Shown piece after piece: positions 1 through 11,767 of a stretch of DNA of 64,000 nucleotides. Every line of letters begins with the position of its first letter. Within the stretch, counting starts at the first letter, position 1. The position numbers and the translations under genes were made by a program. The stretch is from Thecamonas trahens ATCC 50062 (Eukaryota; Protista; Apusomonadida), in assembly GCF_000142905.1 (NCBI RefSeq), contig NW_013657678.1:248001-312000 (forward strand), in the 5' to 3' direction. The notes under the pieces were generated by a model. That model worked only from the letters and a program-made list of their open reading frames with translations, was not told where the DNA came from and did not search any database.

Positions 1-747
1 TGTTGGGCGAGTGTGCGACTTGCGCGCTTCGCGCCGGCGACGTTTGTACTTTTTGACGCATGCCACCGAGCAGAACGCCTTGTCCTTGGCTTTGATAAAT
101 TTGGACGAGAGCGCGACCGAGCACTCGGAACAGAGCAGGCACTCGGTGTGCCAGAGGCGGCCCATCGAGCGGACAAAGACCGTGGTCTGCATGTCCTGCT
201 TGCATCCGTGGCACCGCGGCGCCGTCCCGCCGTTCATGCACACTGTATCGCAGTACGGCCGACCACCCGCCGACACAAACGGCACGTCCAGCAAGCTCTC
301 GCCGCACAGCTCGCACACAAAGCACGCCGAGTGCCACACAGCGCCGGCTGCTTCCACCCCGGTCCGCTCCACCCCGCCGCGGCACCTCGCGCAGGCTACC
401 TCGGTCGACCGCGGGCGCTCGCGCTCACAAGCCGCCGTCTGTGCTCCACCCTGCCCCTCCCCTGCCTGCAAGCTCGCTCTCTCGCCAGTCTGCGACCTTG
501 CCCCCGCGTCTGCCCGCACCCCTTCTCCCTCTTGGTCGCCGCCACTGTCCCGGCTCTCTCCGGCACCCGGCGCAGCGGCGGCAGGCCCTGCCTCAGCAGC
601 CGGCGTCGGCGAGGCGGGAGCCTCAAGCACGGACTGCGCCGCCAATGTCACAGGCGGGGTCGGGGTCGCCGCGCTGGTCGGTGTGGTGCGCAAAGGCGGT
701 GTCCCTGGCGTTGGTGGGAGCGCACGTCTCGTGCGCTTGCTGGCCAT
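1..747 (-). CDS. LIM-domain protein (at least 2 LIM domains), 3' end outside the window
   Basis: Not in the ORF track because it has no stop in the window. Manual translation from ATG 747 gives MASKRTRRALPP...CARC...WHSACFVCELCGESLLDVPFVSAGGRPYCDTVC and CHGC...WHTECLLCSEC...AFCSVAC, which is the LIM Cys/His pattern. Confidence 0.85.
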   Translation of the reverse strand, partial: MASKRTRRALPPTPGTPPLRTTPTSAATPTPPVTLAAQSVLEAPASPTPAAEAGPAAAAPGAGESRDSGGDQEGEGVRADAGARSQTGERASLQAGEGQGGAQTAACERERPRSTEVACARCRGGVERTGVEAAGAVWHSACFVCELCGESLLDVPFVSAGGRPYCDTVCMNGGTAPRCHGCKQDMQTTVFVRSMGRLWHTECLLCSECSVALSSKFIKAKDKAFCSVACVKKYKRRRREARKSHTRPT

Positions 748-941
748 GGGCGAGAGACACGTGTCTTATGTTTCGGGGAAGGCCGACGAACGCGTGTGTT
801 GGTCGGCACGTGCCGGCTGCGCCACTATAGGGAGGGGGGGGGGGGGGGGCACTGGAGCGCAGTAGCGCGGATTGTTTGTAATGGCTCTCTCTAGGGCAAG
901 TGCTGGGCGGTAGCGCTGAGGTCATGGGTTGGGCCCAACGG

Positions 942-2657
942 CTACAGGAAAGCATCGGTGCCGCGGCGGGACTTGCGCCGCCGCGCGTGACGGCGCGAGT
1001 GAGCTGACTGGCGGAGTGCGCGGCGCGACGAGCGGCGGCGCGGTGAGCCTGGAGTGGCGCGGGTGGATGACGATGACGACGAAGGAAGACAAGCCGGGCG
1101 GTCGTGGAACTTTTCACCGCCGCGAACAACGTAGATGCCAATGATGGCCTCGCCGCAGCCAGTGCACACGGTGCCGGTGGCGAGCGCAAAGTGCTCGGAG
1201 CAGTATGGTTGTCCCTCAAACTCGAAGAACTCGCCCGAGGGGAACGGCTCGTTGCAGACGGCGCAGACGAAGCACTCTTGGTGCCAGGCAACGCCCAGCG
1301 CAGAGATGGCAACTCCGCGGATGATCGAGTCCGGACAGCCCTGTCGGGCACAATGTGGTGAGAAGAGCTCGTGGTAGTGGGCCTCGCAGTACGGCAGGCC
1401 ATTGTGCGGGATAAAGGTGAGGTTATCAAACGGCTTGCGATCGTAGGCGCACACAAAGTGGTTCGGATGGAATACGCAGTCCATGGCCAAGACTGCCGAG
1501 CCAAAGATCGCCTCCTTGCACATGGCGCACTCGCGCCCGTCGCCCTCTTCAGTCACAAATCGGGTGTGCCCGTCGTGGACCTCGCGGAGTTCCTCAGTCT
1601 CCCACTGCAGCGACCGCGACGGCTGGAACTCTTCCACTGACTTGTTGAGCTCCAGAATTGAGCCCATCGACGGGCTTGCCGCCGCCGGCGGCGGCGCCCG
1701 AGGCGGTTTTGGCTTGCGTGGCGGCGAAGCTACCTTTGACGACGACGCAGTCGAGACACGCGATCGAGCCTTGCGTGGGCTTCGCTTGACTGATGTAAAC
1801 TTGGGCTGGACTCGCGGGATTGCTCTTTGCGGCGAGCCCGGATTGCCCGGTGACGCGGTCAGCAGATGCGAGCGGTCGGCCATGAACTTTTCGTACAGCT
1901 CGCGCGACGAGCGTTGGCTCCGCGGCGACGCGCCTGTAGGCGGGGCAGGATCGGCGGCAGCCACCGGCGCCGCTGCTGCTGCCGTCGTCCCGGCGTAGAC
2001 AGGGTAGGGGACAAAGTAGACCGTTGGCTGCGACGCAGGCTGGGCAACCGATGGCGAGGCCTGAGGCGCCGGTGCTGGACCACAGCCAGCATGGTGGGAG
2101 CATCCGTGACCACATCCGCGTCCGCACCCGTGGTACTGCGAGTAGGGTGGCGGATGATAAGTCGGATAGGGCGCCGGGAAGTACGCGGGGTGCGGAGCAG
2201 GCGCTGATGGCGCAATCATCGGAGCAGGAGCCGACGGCGCAGCCGATGGTGTAGCCTGCAGTGTGGTCGACGGCGCAGACTCGACCCGACCGCTGTCGTG
2301 GCCGGCAAAGACGCCGTAGTAGTGGTTGTGAATGGTGGCCTGTCCGTGTTGCTGGGTGCGGCCGGCGGCATCAGGCAGGTCTGCAGCCGGAGGCAGAGCC
2401 GGGACTGGTGGATCAAGCGGCGGAAGCGTCCGCGGCCTAGCGACATACCGCGATGGGCGCGACGAGGGATGCGCTGAGCGGCGAGCCGGCGAGCTGGCGT
2501 GGGCACTTGCCCGGCGGGCAAAGGCGACAGACGACGGACCGACGGTGGTAAAGGTGGATGGGCACAACAGCTCCTTCTGGTATGGCGTGAGGAGGCGAAA
2601 CCGCGGGTCGTGAGCCAGCGGCGAGGGTGCGGTCTGCACCCGGTGGGGGTGGTGCAT
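942..2657 (-). CDS. Paxillin-like LIM-domain protein (Pro/Ala-rich N-terminus, 2.5 LIM domains)
   Basis: 571-aa ORF with CAMC...FHPNHFVC...PYCEAHY, CARQGC...WHQECFVCAVC...PYCSEH and a partial third LIM (CTGC...FHDRPAC). Confidence 0.85.
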   Translation of the reverse strand: MHHPHRVQTAPSPLAHDPRFRLLTPYQKELLCPSTFTTVGPSSVAFARRASAHASSPARRSAHPSSRPSRYVARPRTLPPLDPPVPALPPAADLPDAAGRTQQHGQATIHNHYYGVFAGHDSGRVESAPSTTLQATPSAAPSAPAPMIAPSAPAPHPAYFPAPYPTYHPPPYSQYHGCGRGCGHGCSHHAGCGPAPAPQASPSVAQPASQPTVYFVPYPVYAGTTAAAAAPVAAADPAPPTGASPRSQRSSRELYEKFMADRSHLLTASPGNPGSPQRAIPRVQPKFTSVKRSPRKARSRVSTASSSKVASPPRKPKPPRAPPPAAASPSMGSILELNKSVEEFQPSRSLQWETEELREVHDGHTRFVTEEGDGRECAMCKEAIFGSAVLAMDCVFHPNHFVCAYDRKPFDNLTFIPHNGLPYCEAHYHELFSPHCARQGCPDSIIRGVAISALGVAWHQECFVCAVCNEPFPSGEFFEFEGQPYCSEHFALATGTVCTGCGEAIIGIYVVRGGEKFHDRPACLPSSSSSSTRATPGSPRRRSSRRALRQSAHSRRHARRRKSRRGTDAFL

Positions 2658-2840
2658 TGGGAGCGGGGGGGGGAGGGGAGGGGTGTGACGTGGGTGTGAA
2701 GGAACGCTTGGCAGCGAGTCAATTGGCGGCAGGTGGTGGCAGGGGCAGGGGCAGGTGGTGGCAGGGGCGACACAGGCGACAGACGACAGACGGCCCCCCT
2801 AACACCCGTCCCACTCCGCTTGTCATTGCCCGTACCTGCC

Positions 2841-3362
2841 ATGTCGGACAAGCACGAGTTGGGATCATCAGTGGCTCGGGCAGGGCCGGACGGAAGAACG
2901 GGCAAGGCTCGGCTCGCCGATGTGCTGACGGCCGAGCAGCTGGGCGAGTGCAGGGCGCTGTTTGACGAGGCGGATGCGGATGGCAACGGGACCATCGATC
3001 CGGCCGAGGCGATGGTCTTTCTCCGCCGTCTCGGCCTCAATCCGTCGCAGGCCGCCATTGACGAGTGGCTGGCCGAGTCGGACGCCGACGGCTCGGGCAC
3101 AGTGACCTTTGATGACTTTGTGGCCATGTTTGTCAAGGATCTGGTCCACGAGCACGACCAGCCGTCGCTCGAGGAGGCTTTTCGCATCTTTGATCTTGAC
3201 GGCTCGGGCACTGTTTCGGTCGCTGAGTTTGTCCACATTCTGACCTCCATGGGCGAGCCGCTGACCGAGGACGAGGCCAGGGCCATGATCGCCGAGGCCG
3301 ACGTTGACAACGACGGCGTCCTCAACTGCCGCGAGTTTGTCCAGCTCATGCACTCGTGGTGA
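2841..3362 (+). CDS. Calmodulin-like 4-EF-hand protein with short N-terminal extension
   Basis: EF loops DADGNGTIDPAE, DADGSGTVTFDD, DLDGSGTVSVAE and DVDNDGVLNCRE; 'LEEAFRIFD' and 'MGEPLTEDE' match calmodulin. Start taken at gccATGtcg, 2841. Confidence 0.9.
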   Translation: MSDKHELGSSVARAGPDGRTGKARLADVLTAEQLGECRALFDEADADGNGTIDPAEAMVFLRRLGLNPSQAAIDEWLAESDADGSGTVTFDDFVAMFVKDLVHEHDQPSLEEAFRIFDLDGSGTVSVAEFVHILTSMGEPLTEDEARAMIAEADVDNDGVLNCREFVQLMHSW

Positions 3363-3390
3363 AGGCGTGGGCAGTGTTTGCTTGCTCTTG

Positions 3391-4937
3391 CTACGGCGAT
3401 GGTGAGACAGAGGCCATCGCTCGCCGCATGGTGCGCATGGCCGACGAGATGGTGAGAAAGTGTGACGGCGCCGGCGAGCTCTTGGCCGTTATGCGGCACT
3501 TTGTTGGCGTCTGCCCATACGGTGTCCGCTCCTGGAGCGGTGAGTCATCCCAGCCCGAGCTTGTTTCGGACATAAACGATCCGTTGGTGCCTCTCTGCGG
3601 CGTAGCGTTCTCGTCGCCGAGATCGAGCTTGCGGATGGACGCCGCCAGGGAGTTGAGCAGGCCCGGCCGCGGCGCCGACTGAGCGCCACGCGCCCGTGGA
3701 CCCGGTGTCTGGCGGAGCTTGACTCCGTTTGCAATCGATGCGAGGAGCGCGGCGTGCGAGCCACCATGGGACTCGCCGGGTGTTGACGCAGGGCTCACCA
3801 CCCGGACCACCCGAGACGGTCGATTCGCGGGAGGCGATGACGGTGGCGGTGGTGGTGGGGGTGGTGGCGGCGGCGGCGGCGGTGCGCTAGTGACAGATAC
3901 AATTGCCGCTGCAGCAGGGTGTGGCCCCGCACTCGCGGCGGTCAGGGTAGCGGTGGCGGGAGGCGGTGGCGGTGGCAGGCCAGCCATCGCCGTGCCAAGC
4001 GGCGGCGGGGGCGGCGGAAGAACCGCAGGGGGAACAGATGCAGGTGCAGGCACTGCTGGCAGAGCAGTCACGTCAGGTGAGGACTCGGTGCTCGCGCCGC
4101 CTCGCATGGTGCGGATCTGATTCTCGAGGGCGCGAATGCGCGCCTCGGCCTCGGCCTGGCTTCGAATCGAGTCAGCCACCTCGGTTGCGCGCTCAGTGAG
4201 GACGTCGACCAGTCGCTCGCGAAGCCGGTCGTTCTCGCGGCGCGCAGCCTCCAGACACGTCAGTGTGTCCGAGTGGACAGTCTGCAGCTCTTCGTACGAG
4301 AGGCAGAGTGGAGAAATAGCCTCAGTCTGGGTAGCAATCGATTGAGTGGTCACCGGCGGAGCCAGGTGCGGCTGTTCGACTTTGTCAGTCGGTGGGATTG
4401 CCGCAGGCGACGGCGGCCACGAGACCGAAGACAGTGGACCTAGAGCCCGGACTACGTATGAGACGAGTGTGGGCGTCCGCAGGATGCCCCATGGCTCGTG
4501 CAGAGCCGGTGGGATGGAGCCGGCCACGTGTTGGATCCATGCCGGAATCATGGCATACTCCAAGCCGAGACCAATCCAGATGCAGAGCGCGTCGTCGTCC
4601 GAGGTGGATTGTGCCGTGGCCAGCCGCATTGCGCGGGGAAAGCTGGCATCGCCTGCAGGACCGGCCGTCGCCGCCGCCGTCACCACGGCCCACGGGCTCG
4701 TGTTGGCGCGGACGCCATGGCTCAGGACGGCGGCCACACACTGGGCCACAGTCGCTGCACTGCGTGAGAGCACCAGCGGAGGCGCCATCGCCGTCTTGAC
4801 AGCATGCTGCACAAGTGGTAGGACCTCTGTGTGTGTCGGATGGGTGTTGGGCAGTGAGTGTGTGAGGAGGGAAGGAGGGAGGCGGTGGAAGTCAGGACCG
4901 GGGGGGGGGGGGGGGGCGTACCGGAAGCCGTGGTCAT
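3391..4937 (-). CDS. Coiled-coil / polyproline / WH2 actin-regulatory protein (2 exons: 4937-4922, 4826-3391)
   Basis: WH2 motif HAALLASIANGVKLRQT follows long polyPro runs, with a coiled coil upstream. The GTACGC...ACAG intron 4827-4921 joins MTTAS to EVLPLVQH in phase 1. Confidence 0.75.
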
Positions 4938-5373
4938 GTCCGAGGGAGGAGAAGGAGGAGAAGAAGGAGAAGGATGATGCGCAGCGGTGGGAGAGAGGCG
5001 GGTGTAAAGAGATTGCAGGTGGAGTAGTGCGAGTGCGGGGTGGCGGGGTGGGGTGTGGCGTTGTTGGATGCCCTTCCAGGGGTGGGGTGTGTCGGTGCGT
5101 GTGTGTGTTCGGGCGGCACCTTGACGAAAGTTTGAACGGTTTGAACGGTTCGTGTCGGTTGCTTTGGTGGGTCGGTTGACTGGTGGGTGGGCCTGGCCGG
5201 CTGTTTGCTTGCCGGCGGAGAGTGGACAGCACGGATGTGGGGTGCTTGCCAGCATGTACGGTGCAGCCCATGGTAATCGTTTTGAAGGACTTGGATAGAT
5301 GAGAGACTTCGTTGGAGGACTGTTTAGTTGGTTGGTTGGTCGTATAGAGGGAGGAGGGGGGGGGGGGGACGGA

Positions 5374-6421
5374 TCAGTTCATGACGCACGACGAGTACGT
5401 CGGGATGATGTAGTTGATGTTGATGTACGCAGCCTCGCCACCGTTGAGCTCAAGAAGCTGGAGAGTCTCCTCCACCAGGTCGCCGACGTTGCGGCGGAAG
5501 CGCTGGCCGTAGTCGATGCCGTCGCCAAGGTTGAGGTTCTTGTTCTTGTACAAGCCCATGATGGGGAGTATTTGGCGGAAGTACGGGGTGAGGGCGACGC
5601 CGACGTCGGGCGCGGAGAGGACGAGCCGCTGGATCATGATGAGGGTGCGGCAGACGATCTCTTCGTCGCGGGTGTTGAGGGCGGCCTTGATGGGCAGGAC
5701 GAGCTGCGGGACGACCGGCACGATCTTGGAGCCTCCGTTTTCCAGCAGGTCGATGGCACCCTGGTAGGCGAGGAAGCGGTACGGCTCCTGCGTCTCGGAG
5801 AGGCCGGCAAAGAAGGTCGGCAGGTAGTGGTGGTAGTCGAGCTTCTCGATCTCCACCATCCAGCGGATGCGGTTGCCCAACGCCCGGTGCTCCACAGCGA
5901 TCGGCAGGTCGCCACGCTCATAGAATCGGCGAAACTTGGTCGGCTTGGGCTTGCGCTTCTTGAACGCTCCAGCCTTGGGCGGACCCGGGTCGCGCGTCTC
6001 CTTGGGCTTCTTCAGCGACGACGAGAGCGTCAGCGGCTTGCGGGTCCCGGGCGTCCTGGTTCCAGCTGCACCGGCAGTGGAGGCGAGGGGAGACATGCTC
6101 GAGCCTGTGCCACCAGCGTACACGGTGATGAGTGAGTGGTAAGCATGTACGAGTATGCATGGCATTGGTGTGGTGCTGTGTCCGATTGCGGTGGGGCAAT
6201 ATGTCTGCGGCAGAGGCCAAGGGGCAGCCAAGGGCAAATTGTGGGGCAGCCAACGGCTGACCGAACAGGGGGTGAGGGGGGGAGGGGGAGGGGGAAGGGG
6301 GGAGGGGGAGGGGACACAGGGCATGGGGTGCGGGGCATGGAGTGTGGGCTATGGAGTGCGTACTTGCGGCGGCGGCGGCAGGGGCAGGGGACGTGGGTGG
6401 GAGGGTCAGCCGGGCAGACAT
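5374..6421 (-). CDS. PACRG: Parkin co-regulated gene protein, axonemal inner-junction protein (2 exons: 6421-6364, 6104-5374)
   Basis: Signature sequences [45 protein letters not shown] and [15 protein letters not shown]. The GTACGC...GCACAG intron 6105-6363 is in phase 1. Confidence 0.95.
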
Positions 6422-6581
6422 GGTGGTGTCTGTGCCGAGTGAGAGCGAAGTGGCTACGGCTGGGCCTGGGACACGGCTGAGCGCTGGTGCGACGGTGGCG
6501 GAAACGGTCACCGGAAGGATGACCGCGGGAGGACAGGAGGAGGGGGGGATAGAGAGAGAGATGTATAGTCATCGCAGCACT

Positions 6582-7813
6582 TCAATAATAGAGCTTGATA
6601 AGCTCGTCCGAGACGGCCGACGGGGTTAGGTTGCCGAGGTCGGTGATGAGGAGGGTGATAAACTTGGGCGGGGTGTAATCGACTGACGAGACCGAAAGCG
6701 GAGTGACTTCGGGCTCGTCGCCGTCGGGCACGATGCGTGAGCGGGTGAGGAGCGTGCCAGGCGCAGACGGGTCTTCGACCGACGATTCCTCTAGGCTGAA
6801 CTGGGCGCACGGGTAGTCGTCCTGATCGAGCGGATAGAGGCGAGCAAACTTAAACGACTCGGTGGCGACGTAGAACGGCTTGTTAAAGCAGTTGGCCACA
6901 ATAGCCATGGGGTACGAGCCAATCTTGTTGATGATGCCACCAGACTCGACCACGCCTTCCGCACCGGTGATCACCATGTCGACCTGCTCCATAACCTTGC
7001 CCACAGCGGCGTCGAGAATGAGCGTAACCGGAATGCCCTCAGCGCGCAGCTTAGCCGCCAACAAGTGGCCCGATGTGTCCGGCCGCGACTCGGTGACAAT
7101 GACTGAGAACAGCTTGGCCTGCCGCGCTGCGGCGAGCAGCACCGCCGCCACCACTCGCGAGTACGAGTGGGTGAGAATGACCGCTCCGTCGCGGATAAAC
7201 TCGGTCCCAAGCTCTGCAATCCGCGTCCGCGCCTGCGACGCACGCTCCGCAAACGCCGTCCCGCGCCCCACAATCTTGGCCTTGCACTCGGAAATGTCCG
7301 GCAAGTCGAGTGACGTCCGCGTCGCGAACCGCGCAAACAACGCACACGCCGACGATAGCGCAATCGACCCTCCGCCCACCGCAACAAGCTCCCGCGACGC
7401 CTCTTTGATCTCGTCGTTAAGCCCCATAATCGTCGTTGCAGACGACGCAGCAATCGCAGACGTCAGCGCCTCGATGGCCAGCACCGCCACCGGCACGTCC
7501 GGCTCCCGCTGGAGCCGCTCAAAGAAGCTGCTCTGCAGCTCGTTCATCTCTGTCCAGCCCCAGCGCCCAGTGCCCCGTCCCCCCCCCCCCCCCCCCCACA
7601 CACACACATACCACCACCACCACATCCATGTGTCCCCAGAAGCAACCCAGCCCGGTCCGTGCGTCAGTCAGTCAGTCGCCCGGCAATCACCGCCCCACCA
7701 CCCACCCCCCCTCCCCCCCCTCCCTCCACGCCCACGCCCACGCCCACCCCCCCCAGACTCTCCAAAGCCATACCTTCTTGAGGCACAGAGCCCAGGACAA
7801 GCGACGAAGCCAT
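6582..7813 (-). CDS. EIF2B1: Translation initiation factor eIF2B subunit alpha (2 exons: 7813-7774, 7549-6582)
   Basis: ILTHSYSRVV, VTESRP, GAEGVVESGGIINKIG, ESFKFARLYPL, VDYTPP and LTPSAVSDELIKLY. The GTATGG...ACAG intron 7550-7773 joins MASSLVLGSVPQE to EMNEL. Confidence 0.95.
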
Positions 7814-7954
7814 GTCTTCCAAGACGGGTGTTGCCGTGGTTGCTGTGCTGGTGCTGGTGCGGACCGCCGAGCCGAGCCGCTCGACCCGGCTCGGCCCCCG
7901 GCTCTTCGAACGCAAGTCGGCGGTTTATGCATGAAGATGAAGATAGAGACGAGG

Positions 7955-10900
7955 CTAGTACGGCGGCGAGAGCGACGATGAAGAGCAAGATGAAGAGAAG
8001 TTGGCCACGAATGGGGATTGACTTGCGCTGCGATGGGCCCGAGCCGCAGACTCTGCCCGCGGGTCTTGGAGCGGAGCAGGCGGTGTGGAGCGGACAAAGG
8101 CGAGTTTGCGGTCGACGACTTCGATTTCAGAAATGAGGACGTCAATCGAGGTGTCGAGCTGTGTGCCTGACGACGCCATCCGTGCCAGCGCAGGCGACGC
8201 CCAGGCTCCCGGCGGTCCACCGGCCCTTGCCCGCCCACCATGGGGCGTGACACGTGCCGGACTGCGCAGCTGCCGGGGTGGCACCTCCCGCGGCGGGCTG
8301 CTCGTCGCTAGTTGGAACTCCAGTTCACGCTCGCGTTCGGTAGCCTGGTGCAACTCGCGCTCCAACGTGGCACACCGCCGCTGAAGCCGCTCCAGCGCGG
8401 CCAGCTCCTGTGCGCCAACAACGATCGGCGACGGCGGCGGATGTGTCGCGATGGTTGAGAGCTCCGGGTCGCCCGACTGTGGCGGGCAAACAGTGCCGAG
8501 ACTACTCTGACTTGGAGACTGCGGCTTGGGCGGTGGGATGGAGAACACGATTCCGAGTGCCTTGCCTGGGCCGCGGCTGAACGCCTTGCGCTCGCTCAAG
8601 TCGAGCGAGGCGATGAGCCCGGTCCGCAGCGTTCGAGCCACAGTGTTGCCATGGGCCACGACCTTGGCATCGCGACACTTGGCCCGCTCCGATACCATCG
8701 ACCGCGCCACCAGCAGCAGTGCGTTCGACGAAGCCATGATCACACGCGCACACTTGGAGAGCTCGGCCACCCGCTGCTCGCTCACGTCGCCTCCCTTGGA
8801 TGCTTCCACAGTCATGCTCACGACTGACAGCACCGAGTTGCGCAGCGTGGCACCGGCATCGGCCAACGCACCGACATCATCGGTCACGCCGCCAAGTGCG
8901 GCACCGGCTGCTGCGGCCCGCGCCGCAAGCCTGTACAGTCGCGACAGCGGCCGCGCCGCGGCAGCCGAACGCAGTGCAGACTTTTTCGGCTGGACAACCG
9001 GAGTTGACGACGATGAAGCCCGAGATGACGACAGGTTGGGTGACGACGAGCTGGCCAGCAGGCTCGAGCGCGTTCCGCCCGACGCCGATGACGCCAAGAG
9101 CGACTCGCCTGACCGGGCCTTCTTGAGTTGGCGCGTCCGCTGCGACGACGTTGTCGAGTCGAACGAGTGGTGCATGGTTACCGAGCGCGAGCACGAGACC
9201 GACGGCGAGCCGGAAAACGTGTCAGACATGCTTGCAACATCGCACACCGAGCGCCGGTGCTCAATTCGGCTCGATACGCCTTCGCGTGACATCATGCGCT
9301 CACGCTTCGCCTCGCTCTCCCGCAGCCTGGTGGACCGCCGCGGGCGCGATGAGAACGAGTACGACGAGCATGACGACATGGTGAGCGGCAGGACCGATGA
9401 CGATGATGTTCTCGACGACCGCGTGCGGCTGCGATTGCGCCCATAGCCGCGCTTGGCTTTGGTCTTGCCCTTGGCCTTGGCTTTGGCTTTGGCCTTGGCT
9501 TTGGCCCTGGCTTTGGCCTTGGCCTTGGCCTTGGCCTTGTCCTTGTCCTTGCCCTTGCCCTTGCCTTTGCCCTTGGCTTTGCCCTTGGCCCTGCGTCCGT
9601 TCTCAAGACCAGCAATGATGGGCATTGAAGCCGAGAGCGAGTCGGTGTCAGCCTTGTGCCGCCTGCGGTGGTTGGAGCCATGAGGCGAGACCGTGAGTGA
9701 GACCGAGTCGGGCTCGTTGGCAGCCAGCAGGGACGAGTGCGGCAGTGATGGCGACGACGGCGATGATGGTGAGATTGAAGCCGACGACTGGGGCAAAGGG
9801 TGGGAAACAAGGACCCGTGGTGTGTTTCGCGTTCCGTGACGTGGTGACTGGCGCGGAGAACGACCCACCGAGCCTGGCCGGTCCGGCTCGGTGATGCCTA
9901 GCGCCTCGGCGAGATTGGCCGACGATGTAGCGGCCACAAACGAGTCCGAGTTCGCCTTGTTCAGCGACGAGTTGTCTTCCTCAGTTGCCCCGTCCTGGCC
10001 CGAGCAGTGCGATGAGTCGTTGAGGTCGTCGTCGCCGGCATCTGAAACAACTGGAGGCCGGGACGAAATGGTGAGCGAGGAGGCACGCGGCCGGGAAAAT
10101 TGCTCGCGCCCGTGCTTTCCACGTGAGAGCGAGCGATGGCCCAGCGGCGACGACGACTCTCGCGACGACGACCGCGGGCCGAGCGACCGCTGCCGCCGTG
10201 CATCTTGAGAACGGTTCCCAAACGGCGCCGAGAGGGCAAGCGGCGACGGCAGCTCTGGTACCACATCATGCTCGTCCTCATAGTCGTCGGTTGACGTGGC
10301 GCGCGACGGCGACCGCGGCGGCAGCTGCAGCGTCGACCGGGTTGGCGACGGCGTTGTCACCTTGGTACTTGGCATCGGGGGAACATTCTTCATCCCACGC
10401 ATCAGCGAGGCTTCGATCTCTTGCCGCGTCCGCAGGCCAAGAGACCGCGACGGCGTCGTGTTCCTTCCGTGTGCCTTGCGCCGCTTCTCGATCGTCCGCG
10501 TCGGCGCCGATGGCGCCCGCTTTTCGCGGCCGCGGCCATAACCACGGCCACTCTCGCCGTTGGCAGCCGACCGCGACGGCGCACGGCGCGAAGTGCCGCC
10601 CTCTCCACCAGCCGGCGACGTTGAGACCGGCGACGCCGGTGCACTGCCGGTGATGCCCATGCTCTGCAGGCGGGACTTCCAGCGGTCCGTCCGCGACAGC
10701 TCGGCAGGCGGAGCGACTACGCTGCTATCTGGCGCAGCACCTGCCACAGGTGCCGTTGCGGCCGGATCCGTCGGCTCTGCGGCGAGGCGGATCATGGCCG
10801 AGTGCGCCGCCGAGACCTCGTCGGCCAGGACAGGCGAGGACGAGGCCAGCCTGTTGCGGGCCGAGGCCCGGAACGAAGCCGGCAGTCGAGCCAGGTCCGA

Positions 10901-11124
10901 AATAAGGTTGTGCACCACGTCGTCGTCGTCGCCTTCTGAGAGCCATGAGGTGTCTGCCGCCACATCCTCGTCCGCACCGGGGCTCGGCTTGACGCTGCCG
11001 CTGCTGCTGCCGCTGCCGCTGCCGCTGCCGCTGCTGCTGCTGCTGCTGCCGCTGCTGCTGCCGCTGCTGGCGCTCCTCGCCGCTGCCGACGTGTCACGGG
11101 CAACCGCCGCCGTGGGGCGCTCAT
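7955..11124 (-). CDS. Hypothetical Ser-rich low-complexity protein with KA/KG repeat and C-terminal coiled coil; possibly tail-anchored; ends uncertain
   Basis: 1002-aa ORF 7955-10963. The ATG at 11124 joins it if one base is added in the run at 11114-11117. A hydrophobic stretch lies in the -1 frame after 8013. Confidence 0.55.
9452..9591 (-). repeat. Coding hexanucleotide repeat encoding KAKGKGKDKAKA...
   Basis: Degenerate (CCTTGN)n on the + strand. Confidence 0.9.
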
Positions 11125-11767
11125 GGGAGAGTTGGCGGGGCAGGGAGGGCGTGAGGGATGGCAGTCGAGGTGGAAGGGGAGTGGGGTGGCGGTGGTGGTG
11201 CCCTAAAAGCGGTGGCGGGGGGACTGGGGCCAGCGCGGCGGGAGGTGTGCCGGCGGCTGCAGCGCCGAGGGCCGAGGGGGGGTCGGGGCGGGGGGCTTTG
11301 ACAGAAATGACAACTGTCGATTACGGTGCTGGCTGCGGTGGTTGTGTGCCTACATACATAAGCAGCTGGAATTCACGCCTTCCCCCCCCCTACACACACA
11401 CACACTCGCATACCCGCTATTCTTGGCATAATCAAGCGCAGAGGGCGCTTCCGTGCTTTACTACTGCAGCCGCCACTGATATGATCTGGGAAGGTGCGGA
11501 GAGCCGAGCCTGGCTTGGAGTAACCAGAAGTGTGACGGTTGCCGGTGGTGAGCAGCCATGGGATTTGGGCGCTGCACCCACGCCGCAACTCACACAACGT
11601 TGCCAGCCATCTCGGCTTTGTCCTTCTTATGTCCTTCTTTGTATCTTCCGCCTTTGGTACATGTCTGGCAGGCGACGAGCCGGTACCACGACGGCGCCGT
11701 GGCGGCCGCAGAGGAGCTGGGGCCGGGGCGGGAGGACGGGGAGCGGGCGGCAGCGATTGACCGTGCG

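Noticed and set aside
11-894. Plus-strand ORFs 11-865 and 13-894
   Set aside because: Antisense shadows of the minus-strand LIM gene; no recognisable motifs.
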